From an uncultured Alphaproteobacteria bacterium (lineage in GTDB: Bacteria > Pseudomonadota > Alphaproteobacteria > Rhizobiales > Xanthobacteraceae): a DNA stretch of 64,000 nt. The DNA lies in the NCBI GenBank assembly GCA_963831475.1, contig CAWHQF010000020.1:126497-190496 (forward strand). Reading direction: 5' to 3'. This document shows positions 47,730 to 58,041 of this stretch, piece after piece (the first letter of the stretch is position 1; each line of letters starts with the position of its first letter). The position numbers were made by a program, and so were the translations under genes. The notes beneath the pieces are model-generated. The model saw only the letters and a program-made list of their open reading frames with translations, was not told where the DNA came from and ran no database searches.

Positions 47730-49946
47730 ATGGCCAAGCCGCACATCAACGCACCCTCCGGAACGGTTGAAATTGGCGATACGGTGCGAAAAGCCGTCGC
47801 ACTTCATCGGCTTGGTCGCTTGGATGAGGCGGAGGGCTCTTACCGTGAAGCCCTGAGTGTCCAGCCGGATAATTTCGACGCGCTCCATCTCTGCGGCGTC
47901 CTTATGCATCAACGCGGAGACCATGCGGAAGCACTCAAGCTGATCGGACGCGCACTCAGGACGAATGAGCGGTCAGCAGAAGCATATTCAAACTACGGCA
48001 TTGTCCTGGCATTGCTCGGGAAACATGAAGATGCGGTAGGCAACTATGATCGTGCGCTTGCGCTCAAGCCCGATTTCGCCGAGGCACTCAACAATCGCGG
48101 CAATTCACTGCGCGCACTTAAGCGGCCGCAAGAAGCGGTTATGAGCTTCGAGCGGGCCATTGCGGCCCGCACCGACTACGCGGAGGCATTCAACAACCGC
48201 GGGAACGCACTATTCGAGATCGGTCGCATCGAAGATGCGCTGGCAAGTTATGATCGCGCGCTGGCGCTGCACCCTTCGTTCGCAGATGCGTCGATCAATC
48301 GCGCCAATGCGCTCCGCACGCTTGGCCGAAACGAGGAAGCTCTGCGCGCATTTGATCTGGGGATTGAGCTCAAACCCGATCTTGCCGGCAACCATCTTGC
48401 GCGCGGCAATGTCCTGCTCGATCTCAAACGCCCCGCGGATGCCGAGAAGAGTTACGAAAGAGCGATCGCCCTGAACCGGCAGGCGATCGAACCGCTTGTC
48501 AATCGTGGCCGTGCGCTTTGCTCGCTCAAACGTTTCGATGAATCCATTGAAAGTTACGACCAAGCGCTCGCGATCAGGCAGAACGATGCCATTTGCCTGG
48601 TGGGGCGCGGCAACACGAAACATGCAATGCAGGCCTATGGGGCGGCACTCGCGGATTACGACCTTGCTATTGCGGTTCGACCGGAATTCGCTGAGGCGCA
48701 CGGCAACCGGGGCAACGCTTTGCGCGAGATCGGCCGGCACCGCGAAGCGTTGGAGGCGTTCGATCGTGCTCTCGCGCTAAAGCCCGACTACGACCAGGCC
48801 TACAACAACCGTGGGAATGCGTTGATTGAACTCAACCGCCTCGCGGAAGCACTTGCCGATTACGATCGCGCAATCGCGATCTCACCTGAAAACACATACG
48901 CGTGGGTCAATCGCGGCAGCGCTTTGGGATATCTCGATCGTACGGAAGAAGCGATTGCAAGTTTCCAGCGTGCAATCGAACTGGATCCGCAGCTCGTCGA
49001 GGCGCATTGGAATAAGGCGCTCCTCTTTCTATCAACCGGCGATTTCGCGCGCGGGTGGGCGGGCTACGAGTGGCGCTGGCAGCGCGAAGGCGAGACGATG
49101 CCGCGTGAATTCGTGCAACCGCAGTGGCGCGGCGAAGACCTGACTGGAAGGACCATCCTGCTTCACGCCGAACAAGGCTTCGGCGACAGCATTCAGTTCA
49201 TTCGCTATCTGTCGATGGTCGCCGAGAGGGGCGGCAAGATCGTGCTGGAGCTCCCCGACAGCCTCGCCCCGCTCATCGACAATGTTGATGCCGTAATCAG
49301 CATTTGCCGCCGCGGCGACGCCTTGCCGCATTTCGATGTGCACTGCCCGCTGTTGAGCCTGCCGCTCGCATTCGGCACGACGCTCGAAACTGTCCCCGCG
49401 CCGCTACCCTATTTGCGGCCACCGGCCGAGCGCGTCCAAGACTGGCGCGCGCGGCTCGACGGCATTCGCAAACCCCGCATCGGCCTGGTTTGGTCGGGAA
49501 AGCCCACGCACAAGAACGATCACAATCGCAGCATCGCGCTGAGCCGTCTTGAGCCGCTTTTATCGGTCCCCGGCATTGAATTTGTGAGCTTGCAGCGTGA
49601 ATACCGCGATAGCGACGGTCCGGCGATCGCGCGCCTGCCTCTCATGCGCCTTGACGACGCCCTGCGCGATTTTGCGGACACTGCGGCCGTGATCGCGGAA
49701 CTCGACCTCGTGATCTCAGTCGACACGGCTGTCGCCCATCTTGCCGGAGCGATGGGCCGGCCGCTTTGGCTTTTATTGTCGCATATCCAGGATTGGCGAT
49801 GGTTGCGTGCGCGCTCGGATAGTCCTTGGTATCCGACTGCCAGGCTGTTCCGGCAACGGTCTGATGGCAATTGGGATGATGTGATTGCACGCGTGCTGAA
49901 AGAGCTCTCAGCCTTCGCAATCGATTGGTCAGCCGCGACCAAGTGA
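47730..49946 (+). CDS. TPR-repeat protein with C-terminal GT9-like glycosyltransferase domain
   Basis: About a dozen TPRs (A..NRGNAL); EQGFGDSIQF, IGLVWSG, DTAVAHLAGA, DWRW...SPWYP. Confidence 0.88.
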   Translation: MAKPHINAPSGTVEIGDTVRKAVALHRLGRLDEAEGSYREALSVQPDNFDALHLCGVLMHQRGDHAEALKLIGRALRTNERSAEAYSNYGIVLALLGKHEDAVGNYDRALALKPDFAEALNNRGNSLRALKRPQEAVMSFERAIAARTDYAEAFNNRGNALFEIGRIEDALASYDRALALHPSFADASINRANALRTLGRNEEALRAFDLGIELKPDLAGNHLARGNVLLDLKRPADAEKSYERAIALNRQAIEPLVNRGRALCSLKRFDESIESYDQALAIRQNDAICLVGRGNTKHAMQAYGAALADYDLAIAVRPEFAEAHGNRGNALREIGRHREALEAFDRALALKPDYDQAYNNRGNALIELNRLAEALADYDRAIAISPENTYAWVNRGSALGYLDRTEEAIASFQRAIELDPQLVEAHWNKALLFLSTGDFARGWAGYEWRWQREGETMPREFVQPQWRGEDLTGRTILLHAEQGFGDSIQFIRYLSMVAERGGKIVLELPDSLAPLIDNVDAVISICRRGDALPHFDVHCPLLSLPLAFGTTLETVPAPLPYLRPPAERVQDWRARLDGIRKPRIGLVWSGKPTHKNDHNRSIALSRLEPLLSVPGIEFVSLQREYRDSDGPAIARLPLMRLDDALRDFADTAAVIAELDLVISVDTAVAHLAGAMGRPLWLLLSHIQDWRWLRARSDSPWYPTARLFRQRSDGNWDDVIARVLKELSAFAIDWSAATK

Positions 49947-49992
49947 CGACCCGGGTCAATATTCCGCCCGATTGAGCTAGCATGGCGACGTC

Positions 49993-50652
49993 ATGACTTC
50001 GCGACCAAAACAACCAACCGCCCGACCCGCGCCACGCCTTTACTTGATAACACCGCCCGTGGTGGATGCGTCCACATTTGGATCACAATTGAACGCGGCC
50101 CTCGATGCTGGAGACATCGCGGCGATTCTGTTACGTCTTGCCGACGCCGATGAGAGAACATTGATCAACCGTGCCAAGGCGTTATGTGCATTGGCACAAG
50201 ACCGTGGAGCGGCTCTGCTGCTCGACGGACATTCTGAACTTGTTGCGCGCACGGGCGCCGACGGTGCCCACATGACCGGCATAGAGTCATTCACCGAGGC
50301 GATCGGGCAACTCAAGCCCGAACGTATTGCAGGCGCCGGCGGGATGGCGAGCCGGCACGATGCCATGCTTGCCGCCGAACAAGGCGCCGACTACGTGATG
50401 TTTGGAGAGCCTGACGCATCGGGCAAATGCCCGGCGTTCGCGGCGGTAGTGGAGCGCGTCGAGTGGTGGGCGGAAGTCTTCCAAATGCCGTGTATCGGCT
50501 ATACACCGTCGCTCGACGGCATTGCGCCGTTGGTTTCGGCCGGAGCTGACTTCGTCGCACTGGGGGACGTCGTGTGGCGTGATCCTAACAACATCGCGGA
50601 CACGATACGCGAAGCGGGACACTACCTGCAGCTCCCGGAGGCGACTACATGA
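49993..50652 (+). CDS. Thiamine phosphate synthase-like TIM barrel (ThiE paralogue)
   Basis: LYLITP, ADGAH, GADYVMFG, GADFVA. Confidence 0.75.
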   Translation: MTSRPKQPTARPAPRLYLITPPVVDASTFGSQLNAALDAGDIAAILLRLADADERTLINRAKALCALAQDRGAALLLDGHSELVARTGADGAHMTGIESFTEAIGQLKPERIAGAGGMASRHDAMLAAEQGADYVMFGEPDASGKCPAFAAVVERVEWWAEVFQMPCIGYTPSLDGIAPLVSAGADFVALGDVVWRDPNNIADTIREAGHYLQLPEATT

Positions 50653-51644
50653 CGCCGCGGCTGCACTGTTCTCTCGTATTTCTCGCCATCCTCGTAAGCG
50701 CGTTGGTGTCGCCGGCGACAGCGCAATCCAGAAATCCGCTGCCAGCACCGCAACCGGCTCCTGCGCCGCAAAACACGCCAGCAAATGGGGATCAGCCCAA
50801 CGTCGACGTCGCCTACGGAGCTTTCCAGCGCGGCTTTTATATCACGGCGTTCAACGAGGCGACCAAACGTGCACAACAGAACGATCCGGCAGCCATGACG
50901 CTGTTGGGAGAACTCTACGCGCAAGGGCTAGGCGTCGGCCGCGATGATTCGAAGGCGGCACAATGGTACAAAGTCGCGGCCGCCAAAGGCGACCGCGACG
51001 CCTTGTTTGCACTTGCGATGTTCGCCTACGAAGGACGCGGTGGCGCACGCAACCTTGAAGAGGCCGCGCGCCTGCTGGATGCTGCGGCCAAGCTTGGCCA
51101 TCCAAGCGCTGCTTACGATCTTGGGCTTCTTTATCTGCAGGGCCAGCAAGTACCCCAGGATTTCAAACGAGCAGGTGAGCTTTTTTCGGTTGCCGCTGAG
51201 GCCGGCAATTCGGATGCGCAGTACGCTCTCGCTACCATGTATAAAGACGGGCGCGGCATGCCAAAGGACATGAACAAAGCGATGCGGCTCATGCAGCAGG
51301 CATCGGTCAGCGGCAATGTCGACGCGATGGTCGAATTTGCAATTGCTCAGTTCAACGGCGAGGCGGCCCCAAAAGACGAGACTGCAGCCGCAAAGTTATT
51401 CCTCAAAGCTGCCCACCTCGGTAATCCCGTCGCCCAAAACCGCCTGGCGCGGATCTTCATGGCCGGTCGCGGTATGCCTGCTGATCCCACGGAAGCGGTG
51501 AAGTGGCATCTCGTCGCCAAAGCCGCGGGCGACAGCGACCCAGAGTTGGACACCTTCGCGTCCAAACAGACGCCCGCTGTGCGCGCTGCAGCGGACGCGG
51601 CGGCCAAAAAATGGCTTTCGACCGTGGCGGCGTTACGCCCTTGA
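50649..51644 (+). CDS. Secreted Sel1-repeat protein
   Basis: Signal peptide; repeated A...LG.LY..G.G...D units. Confidence 0.9.
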   Translation: MTPRLHCSLVFLAILVSALVSPATAQSRNPLPAPQPAPAPQNTPANGDQPNVDVAYGAFQRGFYITAFNEATKRAQQNDPAAMTLLGELYAQGLGVGRDDSKAAQWYKVAAAKGDRDALFALAMFAYEGRGGARNLEEAARLLDAAAKLGHPSAAYDLGLLYLQGQQVPQDFKRAGELFSVAAEAGNSDAQYALATMYKDGRGMPKDMNKAMRLMQQASVSGNVDAMVEFAIAQFNGEAAPKDETAAAKLFLKAAHLGNPVAQNRLARIFMAGRGMPADPTEAVKWHLVAKAAGDSDPELDTFASKQTPAVRAAADAAAKKWLSTVAALRP

Positions 51645-51678
51645 CGCCGCCGGACTTCACGGGCAGACCGCACGCTTC

Positions 51679-52476
51679 ATGCAGCATTCCGCCATCCTCA
51701 ATGTCATGATCGCTGCCGCGCGCAAGGCCGCGCGCGCGATCAAGCGTGATTTTGGCGAGCTGGAAAAGTTGCAAGTGTCGCTGAAAGGCCCCGCCAATTT
51801 CGTGTCTGCCGCCGACCGCCGTGCGGAGGAGACGCTCTACACCGAGCTTAACAAGGCAAGGCCCGGTTATGGCTTTCTCGGCGAAGAAGGTGGACACCGC
51901 GATGGTGCAGACAAGAGTCACAGGTGGATTGTCGATCCGCTGGACGGGACCACCAATTTTCTTCATGGGATTCCGCACTTTGCGGTCTCGATCGCGCTTG
52001 AGCGCGAAGGTATCGTCGTAGCAGGCCTAATTTATAATCCTGCGATTGACGAGTTGTTTGTCGCCGAACGCGGCAAAGGCGCCTTTCTCAATGAGCAACG
52101 CATTCGGGTTGCCGCGCGTAAGCGGTTGGCTGAAGCCATCATCGGTTGCGGAATTGCGCACTATGGCCATGGCGACATGCCGCTCTCGCGCAAAGAAATC
52201 GGCGTGGTACAGGAAGATGTGGCCGGTTTGCGCCGTTTTGGAGCATCCGCGCTCGACCTTGCATGGGTCGCAGCAGGCCGACTCGACGGCTATTGGGAAC
52301 GCAGCCTGAACCCTTGGGATATCGCCGCCGGCGTAATCCTGGTGCGAGAGGCCGGTGGTTTCGTCACCGACTGCGACGGCCGCGAGGAAATGTTCGCTAA
52401 AGGGCATGTCTTGGCCGGAAACGAGACTATCCACAAAGAGCTTCTGGCTCGACTCAAGGCCGCCGGCAAAGCCTAA
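51679..52476 (+). CDS. suhB: Inositol monophosphatase family protein SuhB
   Basis: GEE, WIVDPLDGTTNF, PWDIAAG. Confidence 0.92.
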   Translation: MQHSAILNVMIAAARKAARAIKRDFGELEKLQVSLKGPANFVSAADRRAEETLYTELNKARPGYGFLGEEGGHRDGADKSHRWIVDPLDGTTNFLHGIPHFAVSIALEREGIVVAGLIYNPAIDELFVAERGKGAFLNEQRIRVAARKRLAEAIIGCGIAHYGHGDMPLSRKEIGVVQEDVAGLRRFGASALDLAWVAAGRLDGYWERSLNPWDIAAGVILVREAGGFVTDCDGREEMFAKGHVLAGNETIHKELLARLKAAGKA

Positions 52477-52605
52477 CCGACCTAATTTCAACTTATTCCA
52501 CGGTTTTACCGGACCCGCTGCGGTTCCCGCACAACTGTTTTTCCCTGTCACGGGTCTGTGCCATAGTGGATGGCAAGGGCTGCATTTGGCAAAATCTCGA
52601 AACAC

Positions 52606-53583
52606 ATGGCCAAGGAACTCGATCCACTCAAACTATCGTCGCCACGCATCTTCCTGATCAGGATGCTGGTCTTCGTCGTGCTGGTCGGACTTATCGCCTT
52701 CGTACTGCATAAGCAGATCGAGGTCGCGTTCATGTCCAATCCCGGCCTGAACGCATTGATTATCGGCGTTGAAGCGATCGGTATCATTCTTTCAATTCGT
52801 CAGGTGCTGCGCCTTTATCCCGAGATCGCCTGGGTCAATAACTTCCGTCTGGCCGATCCGGGGCTTGCAGTCGAGCGTGCACCAATACTCCTTGCACCGA
52901 TGGCCACGATCCTGGGAAGCCGGGTCGGCCGCATGGCAATGTCTTCGCAGTTGATGCGCGGGATCCTCGATTCAATTGCAACGCGGCTCGATGAGGCGCG
53001 GGACATTTCCCGATACATGACCGGTCTGCTGGTGTTTCTCGGGCTGCTCGGCACATTCTGGGGTTTGATTGAGACAGTCAGTTCGGTCGGCAACGTTATT
53101 CAGGGCCTCAAGGCGAGCGGCGATGCAGGCAGCATGTTCGACTCGTTACGCGATGGGCTCGCTGCACCGCTGTCCGGCATGGGAATTTCTTTTTCATCCT
53201 CTCTCTTCGGTCTTGCCGGCTCGCTCGTGCTTGGGTTTCTCGATCTGCAATCAAGCCAGGCGCAGAATTGCTTTTACACCGAATTGGAGGATTGGCTCTC
53301 GACCACCGTCTACGATCAAGCTGCCGAACCCGCCGTCGCGACCGGTGTCACAACCGAGGTGCGCTCCGCGATCGAACGCCTGCGTGAGGCGGTCGACCAG
53401 GCCGGTGCGGGTAAAACGGCGTCTGCGGCAATGGCCAACCTGGCCGAAGCAATTCAGGGCCTTGTGCACCACATGCGCACGGAGCAGCAGATGATCCGTG
53501 ACTGGGTTGATTCACAGGCCGACCAGCAGCGCGAAATCAAGAAGCTGCTCGAGGTGATGGTGCGCGAGAACGTAAACCGTTGA
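52606..53583 (+). CDS. MotA/TolQ/ExbB-family proton channel protein (non-flagellar context)
   Basis: LGLLGTFWGL and GM..SFSSSLFGL TM motifs; helical C-tail. Confidence 0.82.
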   Translation: MAKELDPLKLSSPRIFLIRMLVFVVLVGLIAFVLHKQIEVAFMSNPGLNALIIGVEAIGIILSIRQVLRLYPEIAWVNNFRLADPGLAVERAPILLAPMATILGSRVGRMAMSSQLMRGILDSIATRLDEARDISRYMTGLLVFLGLLGTFWGLIETVSSVGNVIQGLKASGDAGSMFDSLRDGLAAPLSGMGISFSSSLFGLAGSLVLGFLDLQSSQAQNCFYTELEDWLSTTVYDQAAEPAVATGVTTEVRSAIERLREAVDQAGAGKTASAAMANLAEAIQGLVHHMRTEQQMIRDWVDSQADQQREIKKLLEVMVRENVNR

Positions 53584-53593
53584 GTTGAAGTCA

Positions 53594-54622
53594 ATGGCTT
53601 TGGCGCGAGCACGCCGCGGCGAAAGCGGCATGAACTACTGGCCGGGTTTTGTCGATGCATTATCGACATTGATCCTTGGCATCATCTTCTTGCTCACGGT
53701 TTTCGTGGTCGTGCAATTCTACCTGCAGCAGGAAGTTGCCGGAAAAGACACCGCGCTCGGCCGGCTCAATGCGCAAATTGCGCAGCTCACCGAACTGCTG
53801 TCGATGGAGAAATCCGGAAAGACCGATCTCGAGGATCAGCTTGCGCAATTGCGTGCTTCGTTGGCCACAGCCGAAAGCGAACGCGACAACCTGAAGGGCA
53901 CCGCCGAAAGCGCGGGCGCCGGTGCCGCAGCCGCGCAGGGAAAGGTTTCCGAACTCTCCGGTCAGCTTGAAGGCGAGAAGAAAATCTCGGCGCGGGCTCT
54001 GGCGCAGGTCGAGGTGCTCAACCAACAGATCGCAGCACTGCGCCGCCAGCTGGCTGCCCTTGAGCAAACACTCGACGCCGCCGAAAAAAAGGACAAGGAC
54101 TCCCAAAGCCGCATTACAGAACTCGGCCAACGCCTGAACGTCGCATTGGCCGAGCGGGTGAACGAACTCAAACGGTACCGGTCGGACTTCTTCGGAAAGC
54201 TGCGTGAAATCCTCGGTAACCGTACCGATGTCCGGGTGGTCGGCGACCGCTTCGTCCTTCAATCCGAGGTTTTCTTCGACACCGGAAAGGCCGATCTCAA
54301 GCCGGAAGGCCGCGCGGAACTCGACAAGGTCGCGAGCGCCCTGCTCGAATTAGAAAAGCAGATTCCGACCGACATCGCCTGGGTCCTGCGTGTCGACGGC
54401 CATACCGATGTGCGACCGATCACAGGCGGAATCTTCAAGTCGAACTGGGACTTATCGGCTGAGCGGGCGATTTCGGTGGTGCAATACCTGATCGGCAAAG
54501 GCGTTTCGCCGCAAAGGCTGGTTGCTGCCGGCTTCGGGGAATTTCAGCCGATCGATCTGGGCAAGTCCGAGGATGCCTACAAGCGAAATCGCCGCATCGA
54601 GTTCAAGCTGACCGAACGGTGA
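53594..54622 (+). CDS. MotB/OmpA-family peptidoglycan-binding protein with long coiled coil
   Basis: WPGFVD TM with Asp; about 150-aa heptad region; DGHTD, NWDLSAERA, NRRIE. Confidence 0.85.
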   Translation: MALARARRGESGMNYWPGFVDALSTLILGIIFLLTVFVVVQFYLQQEVAGKDTALGRLNAQIAQLTELLSMEKSGKTDLEDQLAQLRASLATAESERDNLKGTAESAGAGAAAAQGKVSELSGQLEGEKKISARALAQVEVLNQQIAALRRQLAALEQTLDAAEKKDKDSQSRITELGQRLNVALAERVNELKRYRSDFFGKLREILGNRTDVRVVGDRFVLQSEVFFDTGKADLKPEGRAELDKVASALLELEKQIPTDIAWVLRVDGHTDVRPITGGIFKSNWDLSAERAISVVQYLIGKGVSPQRLVAAGFGEFQPIDLGKSEDAYKRNRRIEFKLTER

Positions 54623-55074
54623 GCGCGCACAACTTTACACTGCGCCCCTACACGGCCGCCGACGAAGACGCGGCAATCGAGCTGTGGCGGCGCACGTGGT
54701 CAAAGCACTATCCGCATCTCGATTTCAACGCGCGTCAGCCCTGGTGGCGCGAACGCTGGCGCAATGAATTGGTGCCGGTCGCTTGCATTGTCCTCGCAGA
54801 ATTGAGCGGCATGATCGTCGGTTTTGTGACGGTTGATCCCAAGAGCAAGTACCTCGACCAGATCGTGGTCGCACCCGAACATTGGGGATCAGAAATTGCG
54901 AATTTGCTCCTCACGGAGGCAAAACGCCTGTCGCCTCAAGGGCTGGATCTCCTCGTCAACAAGGACAACTATCGTGCCATTCGATTTTATGAAAAACACG
55001 GCTTTTCATATGCCGGCGAAGACAAGAACCCCGTCTCGGGTTTGCCGGTAAGCCGAATGGCCTGGCGGCCTTAG
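54619..55074 (+). CDS. GNAT acetyltransferase
   Basis: LDQIVV.PEHWG, N.RAIRFYEKHGF; GTGA overlap with the upstream stop. Confidence 0.88.
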   Translation: MSAHNFTLRPYTAADEDAAIELWRRTWSKHYPHLDFNARQPWWRERWRNELVPVACIVLAELSGMIVGFVTVDPKSKYLDQIVVAPEHWGSEIANLLLTEAKRLSPQGLDLLVNKDNYRAIRFYEKHGFSYAGEDKNPVSGLPVSRMAWRP

Positions 55075-56885
55075 CCGGACGCCATTTCGAATTGCAATTT
55101 CGCCAACCGTGCATACAGGCCGCCTGACGCGGATAGCGAGGCGTGAGTGCCCTCCTCGACGATCCGGCCGTGATCCAGCACCAGGATGCGATCGCACGAC
55201 TGCACGGTGGCTAGTCGATGCGCAATCACGATGCTGGTCCGATTGAGCATCAGTCGTCTGAGAGCTTGCTGTACCAAGGTTTCACCCTCGGCATCGAGCG
55301 ATGAAGTTGCTTCGTCAAGCAGGAGCAATGGAGCGCGTCGCAGTATGGCTCGCGCAATTGCGATGCGCTGACGTTGGCCGCCTGAGAGTGTCACACCGCG
55401 CTCGCCGATGGGAGTCGCATAACCGAGCGGCAGTCGACGAATGAACTCGGCTGCGTGTGCTGCCTCCGCAGCGTTTTCGATTTCGCCGTCGGTGGCGTCG
55501 GGCCGGCCGAATTGGATATTCTCGCCCACGCTGGTGCCGAACACAGTGGCGTCCTGGGGCACGAGAGCGATCTGGGCACGAAGTGCAGCCGGGTTCACTT
55601 CATTCAGACGCACACCGTCGAAGCTGACGCTGCCCGAAACCGGATCGTAAAAACGCAGGATCAGCTGAAAGATCGTACTCTTCCCTGCCCCTGACGGACC
55701 AACCAGTGCCAACTTTTCGCCTGGCGTAACACGAAATGAAAGATCTTCGAGTACCGGCACATCGGGGCGGCCCGGATACGCAAAGCTGACATGACGGAAT
55801 TCCACCTCGCCCCGTGCCGGCCGGGGAAGCGCAAGCGGCCGTGCCGGCGATTTGATCGCGGGTTCAATTTCCAGAATCTCGAACAGCCGCTCGGCGGCAC
55901 CGGATGCTTGCGCAATCTCGCCCCAGACCTGACTCAGCTCACCGAGCCCGCCGGCAGCGAACACCGCGTAAAGAATAAATTGTCCAAGGCGGCCAGCCGT
56001 GATGCTCCCGGCGACGACATCCTGCGCACCAATCCAAAGCACGACCACGATACTGGCAAAGACCAGGAAGATCACAACCGCCGTTAGTACGCCGCGCGCC
56101 TTGGTCGCTTCGCGCGCGGCCGCATATGCTTGTTCAACCGCTGCACTAAAGCGCGCCTGCGCCAATGTCTCATTTGTAAATGCCTGCAAAGTGCGTACGG
56201 CACCCATCAGCTCGTTCGCATAGCCTGACGCGTCGGCCAGAGTATCTTGCGCCGCACGGCCGCGCCGCCGGACCGCGCGCCCAAAGCCGACAAGCGGCAG
56301 CACAATGACTGGGATCGCGGCCAGTACAAATAAAGAAAGTCGCGGACTCGTAACAACCATCATCCCCGCGCCGCCGAAGAACAGGACGAGATTGCGGAGT
56401 GCAATCGAAATTGAAGCGCCGACGGCGGACTTGATCTGAGTCGTATCCGCAGTGAGGCGCGAAATGATCTCACCAGTTCGTTCGGTATCAAAATATGCGG
56501 GCGACAGTTGCGTGAGATGGCTGAAAACATCGGACCGCAAATCTGCGACAATGCGCTCGCCCAAGGTGGTCACGAGGTAAAAGCGAAACGCGCTGGATGT
56601 TGCGAGTACCGCCACCACGAGAATCATCACCGCGAAATAGCTGTCGATCAGCTGTACGGCTTTATCGGAGAAGCCGAAGTCGATCATTCGGCGCACCGCC
56701 ACAGGAACGACCAGAGTGGTGAGTGCGGCTATGACCAGCGCAACCAGCGCCGCGGTCGCGCGACCCCGATAACGCGAGATATAGGGGAGCAGCCGGGTCA
56801 GCGGCTTGAGTTTCAGCTTTGGGCGCTCCGCGGACGCGGGCGCGCTGGAAACATCAAGCCCCCGTCCATCGCTCGAAAAACTCAT
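55071..56885 (-). CDS. ABC exporter, fused TMD-NBD (MsbA/ABCB-like)
   Basis: Six TMs; GPSGAGKS; LSGGQRQR; LLLDEATS. Confidence 0.93.
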   Translation of the reverse strand: MSFSSDGRGLDVSSAPASAERPKLKLKPLTRLLPYISRYRGRATAALVALVIAALTTLVVPVAVRRMIDFGFSDKAVQLIDSYFAVMILVVAVLATSSAFRFYLVTTLGERIVADLRSDVFSHLTQLSPAYFDTERTGEIISRLTADTTQIKSAVGASISIALRNLVLFFGGAGMMVVTSPRLSLFVLAAIPVIVLPLVGFGRAVRRRGRAAQDTLADASGYANELMGAVRTLQAFTNETLAQARFSAAVEQAYAAAREATKARGVLTAVVIFLVFASIVVVLWIGAQDVVAGSITAGRLGQFILYAVFAAGGLGELSQVWGEIAQASGAAERLFEILEIEPAIKSPARPLALPRPARGEVEFRHVSFAYPGRPDVPVLEDLSFRVTPGEKLALVGPSGAGKSTIFQLILRFYDPVSGSVSFDGVRLNEVNPAALRAQIALVPQDATVFGTSVGENIQFGRPDATDGEIENAAEAAHAAEFIRRLPLGYATPIGERGVTLSGGQRQRIAIARAILRRAPLLLLDEATSSLDAEGETLVQQALRRLMLNRTSIVIAHRLATVQSCDRILVLDHGRIVEEGTHASLSASGGLYARLAKLQFEMASG

Positions 56886-57039
56886 GCGATGCCTCTTACG
56901 CCCCGCTAGCGGGACCCTTAATGCCCCGCGACCTTGGTGGTGGTCAATTGCGGCGGCTTGCCGCCTTCGCCTGGCTCCTGTATAGGAGCCGCAAAATTGA
57001 GCTTATATCGGCGCCTTCGAGCGCCCCGGATCCAAAGCA

Positions 57040-57276
57040 ATGAAACAAGATATTCATCCTGGCTACCACACGATCAAGGTCGTCATGACGGACGGCAGCG
57101 AATTCACCACCCGGTCGACCTGGGGCAAGGAAGGTGATGTCCTCCATCTCGACATCGACCCAAAATCACACCCGGCCTGGACCGGCGGCCAGCAGCAAAT
57201 CCTGGATCGTGGCGGCCGCGTGTCACGTTTCCAGAAAAAGTTTTCCGGCTTCCTGAAAACGGACGAAAAGAAATAG
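57040..57276 (+). CDS. rpmE: 50S ribosomal protein L31
   Basis: MKQDIHP.Y, HPAWTG, GRVSRF.KKF. Confidence 0.96.
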   Translation: MKQDIHPGYHTIKVVMTDGSEFTTRSTWGKEGDVLHLDIDPKSHPAWTGGQQQILDRGGRVSRFQKKFSGFLKTDEKK

Positions 57277-57296
57277 ACGCCGGCGTCGCCGACAAC

Positions 57297-57323
57297 AAAA
57301 CCCCCGCAGGTGCGGGGGTTTTT
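57297..57323. terminator. Bidirectional intrinsic terminator
   Basis: AAAACCCCCGCA-GG-TGCGGGGGTTTTT between rpmE and rcdA. Confidence 0.88.
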
Positions 57324-57326
57324 GCT

Positions 57327-57869
57327 TTATTCGTGCGCGAGCGGTTCGACCCCGGTCGGGCCAAAGGCAGCCTTTAAGAGTCCCAGTTGGCGCTCAACCG
57401 GATTAACCGCCGCGGGTCGATCTCCCGAACCTTGATTGTAAATCGTCGCATCCAGACGACGTACCTTCCCATACAGCTTCTGCGAGCGCGCGATAAGATC
57501 GCGCAACGTCGGCGGCAGCAATTCGAGATTGGTCGGGTCGTGCGAATCGGCAGCCGAGAGCTTGACCTTGCTCTTTTCCTTCCCTGCCTGGGCGAGCGAC
57601 ATCTCGCCCTCCTTCACCGCCCGGTGGAGCAGAAGCCAGGAAGCAAGCTGCATCAGCCGCGTGGTGAGCCGCATGCTTTCGGTTGCGTAAGCCAATGCTG
57701 CGGCGCGTTCGAGTCTCTTGGATTGCTGCCTGCCCGGGCCGTCGAGATAGGTCGCGGTTTCTTCGACCAGAGCCATGCCATCACGGAACAGCTCTGCGAA
57801 AGCCTGCGAGCCCGCGAGGCGTTCCCCGAACTGTACAGGTTGCGCTTCGCTGAAACTTTTTTCTGACAT
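57327..57869 (-). CDS. rcdA: RcdA (DUF1465) regulator of CtrA degradation
   Basis: GMALVEETATYLDGPGR, YATESMRLTTRLMQLASWLL..RA..EGEM. Confidence 0.9.
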   Translation of the reverse strand: MSEKSFSEAQPVQFGERLAGSQAFAELFRDGMALVEETATYLDGPGRQQSKRLERAAALAYATESMRLTTRLMQLASWLLLHRAVKEGEMSLAQAGKEKSKVKLSAADSHDPTNLELLPPTLRDLIARSQKLYGKVRRLDATIYNQGSGDRPAAVNPVERQLGLLKAAFGPTGVEPLAHE

Positions 57870-58041
57870 GACGCAACGCACTCCCACTCACGGAACCGCA
57901 TTTGCTCCGTATACGATTGAGTAAGCATGGCGCGCGCGGCCAGGCCCTGTCCAGACTGCGATATGGTTAATGTGGCGATATAGTTGCTGCGTTGATCGGC
58001 GGACACAGGGGGATCGCCGGGAATTTGCCCCAGATTGGGAC

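Noticed and set aside
52606-54622. Zorya anti-phage system
   Set aside because: No ZorC/D/E effectors, the A subunit lacks a very long tail, and the context is housekeeping
57040-57276. Cys-free L31 as a zinc-starvation paralogue
   Set aside because: Cys-free L31 is the usual form in Alphaproteobacteria; no Zur box or rpmJ2 seen
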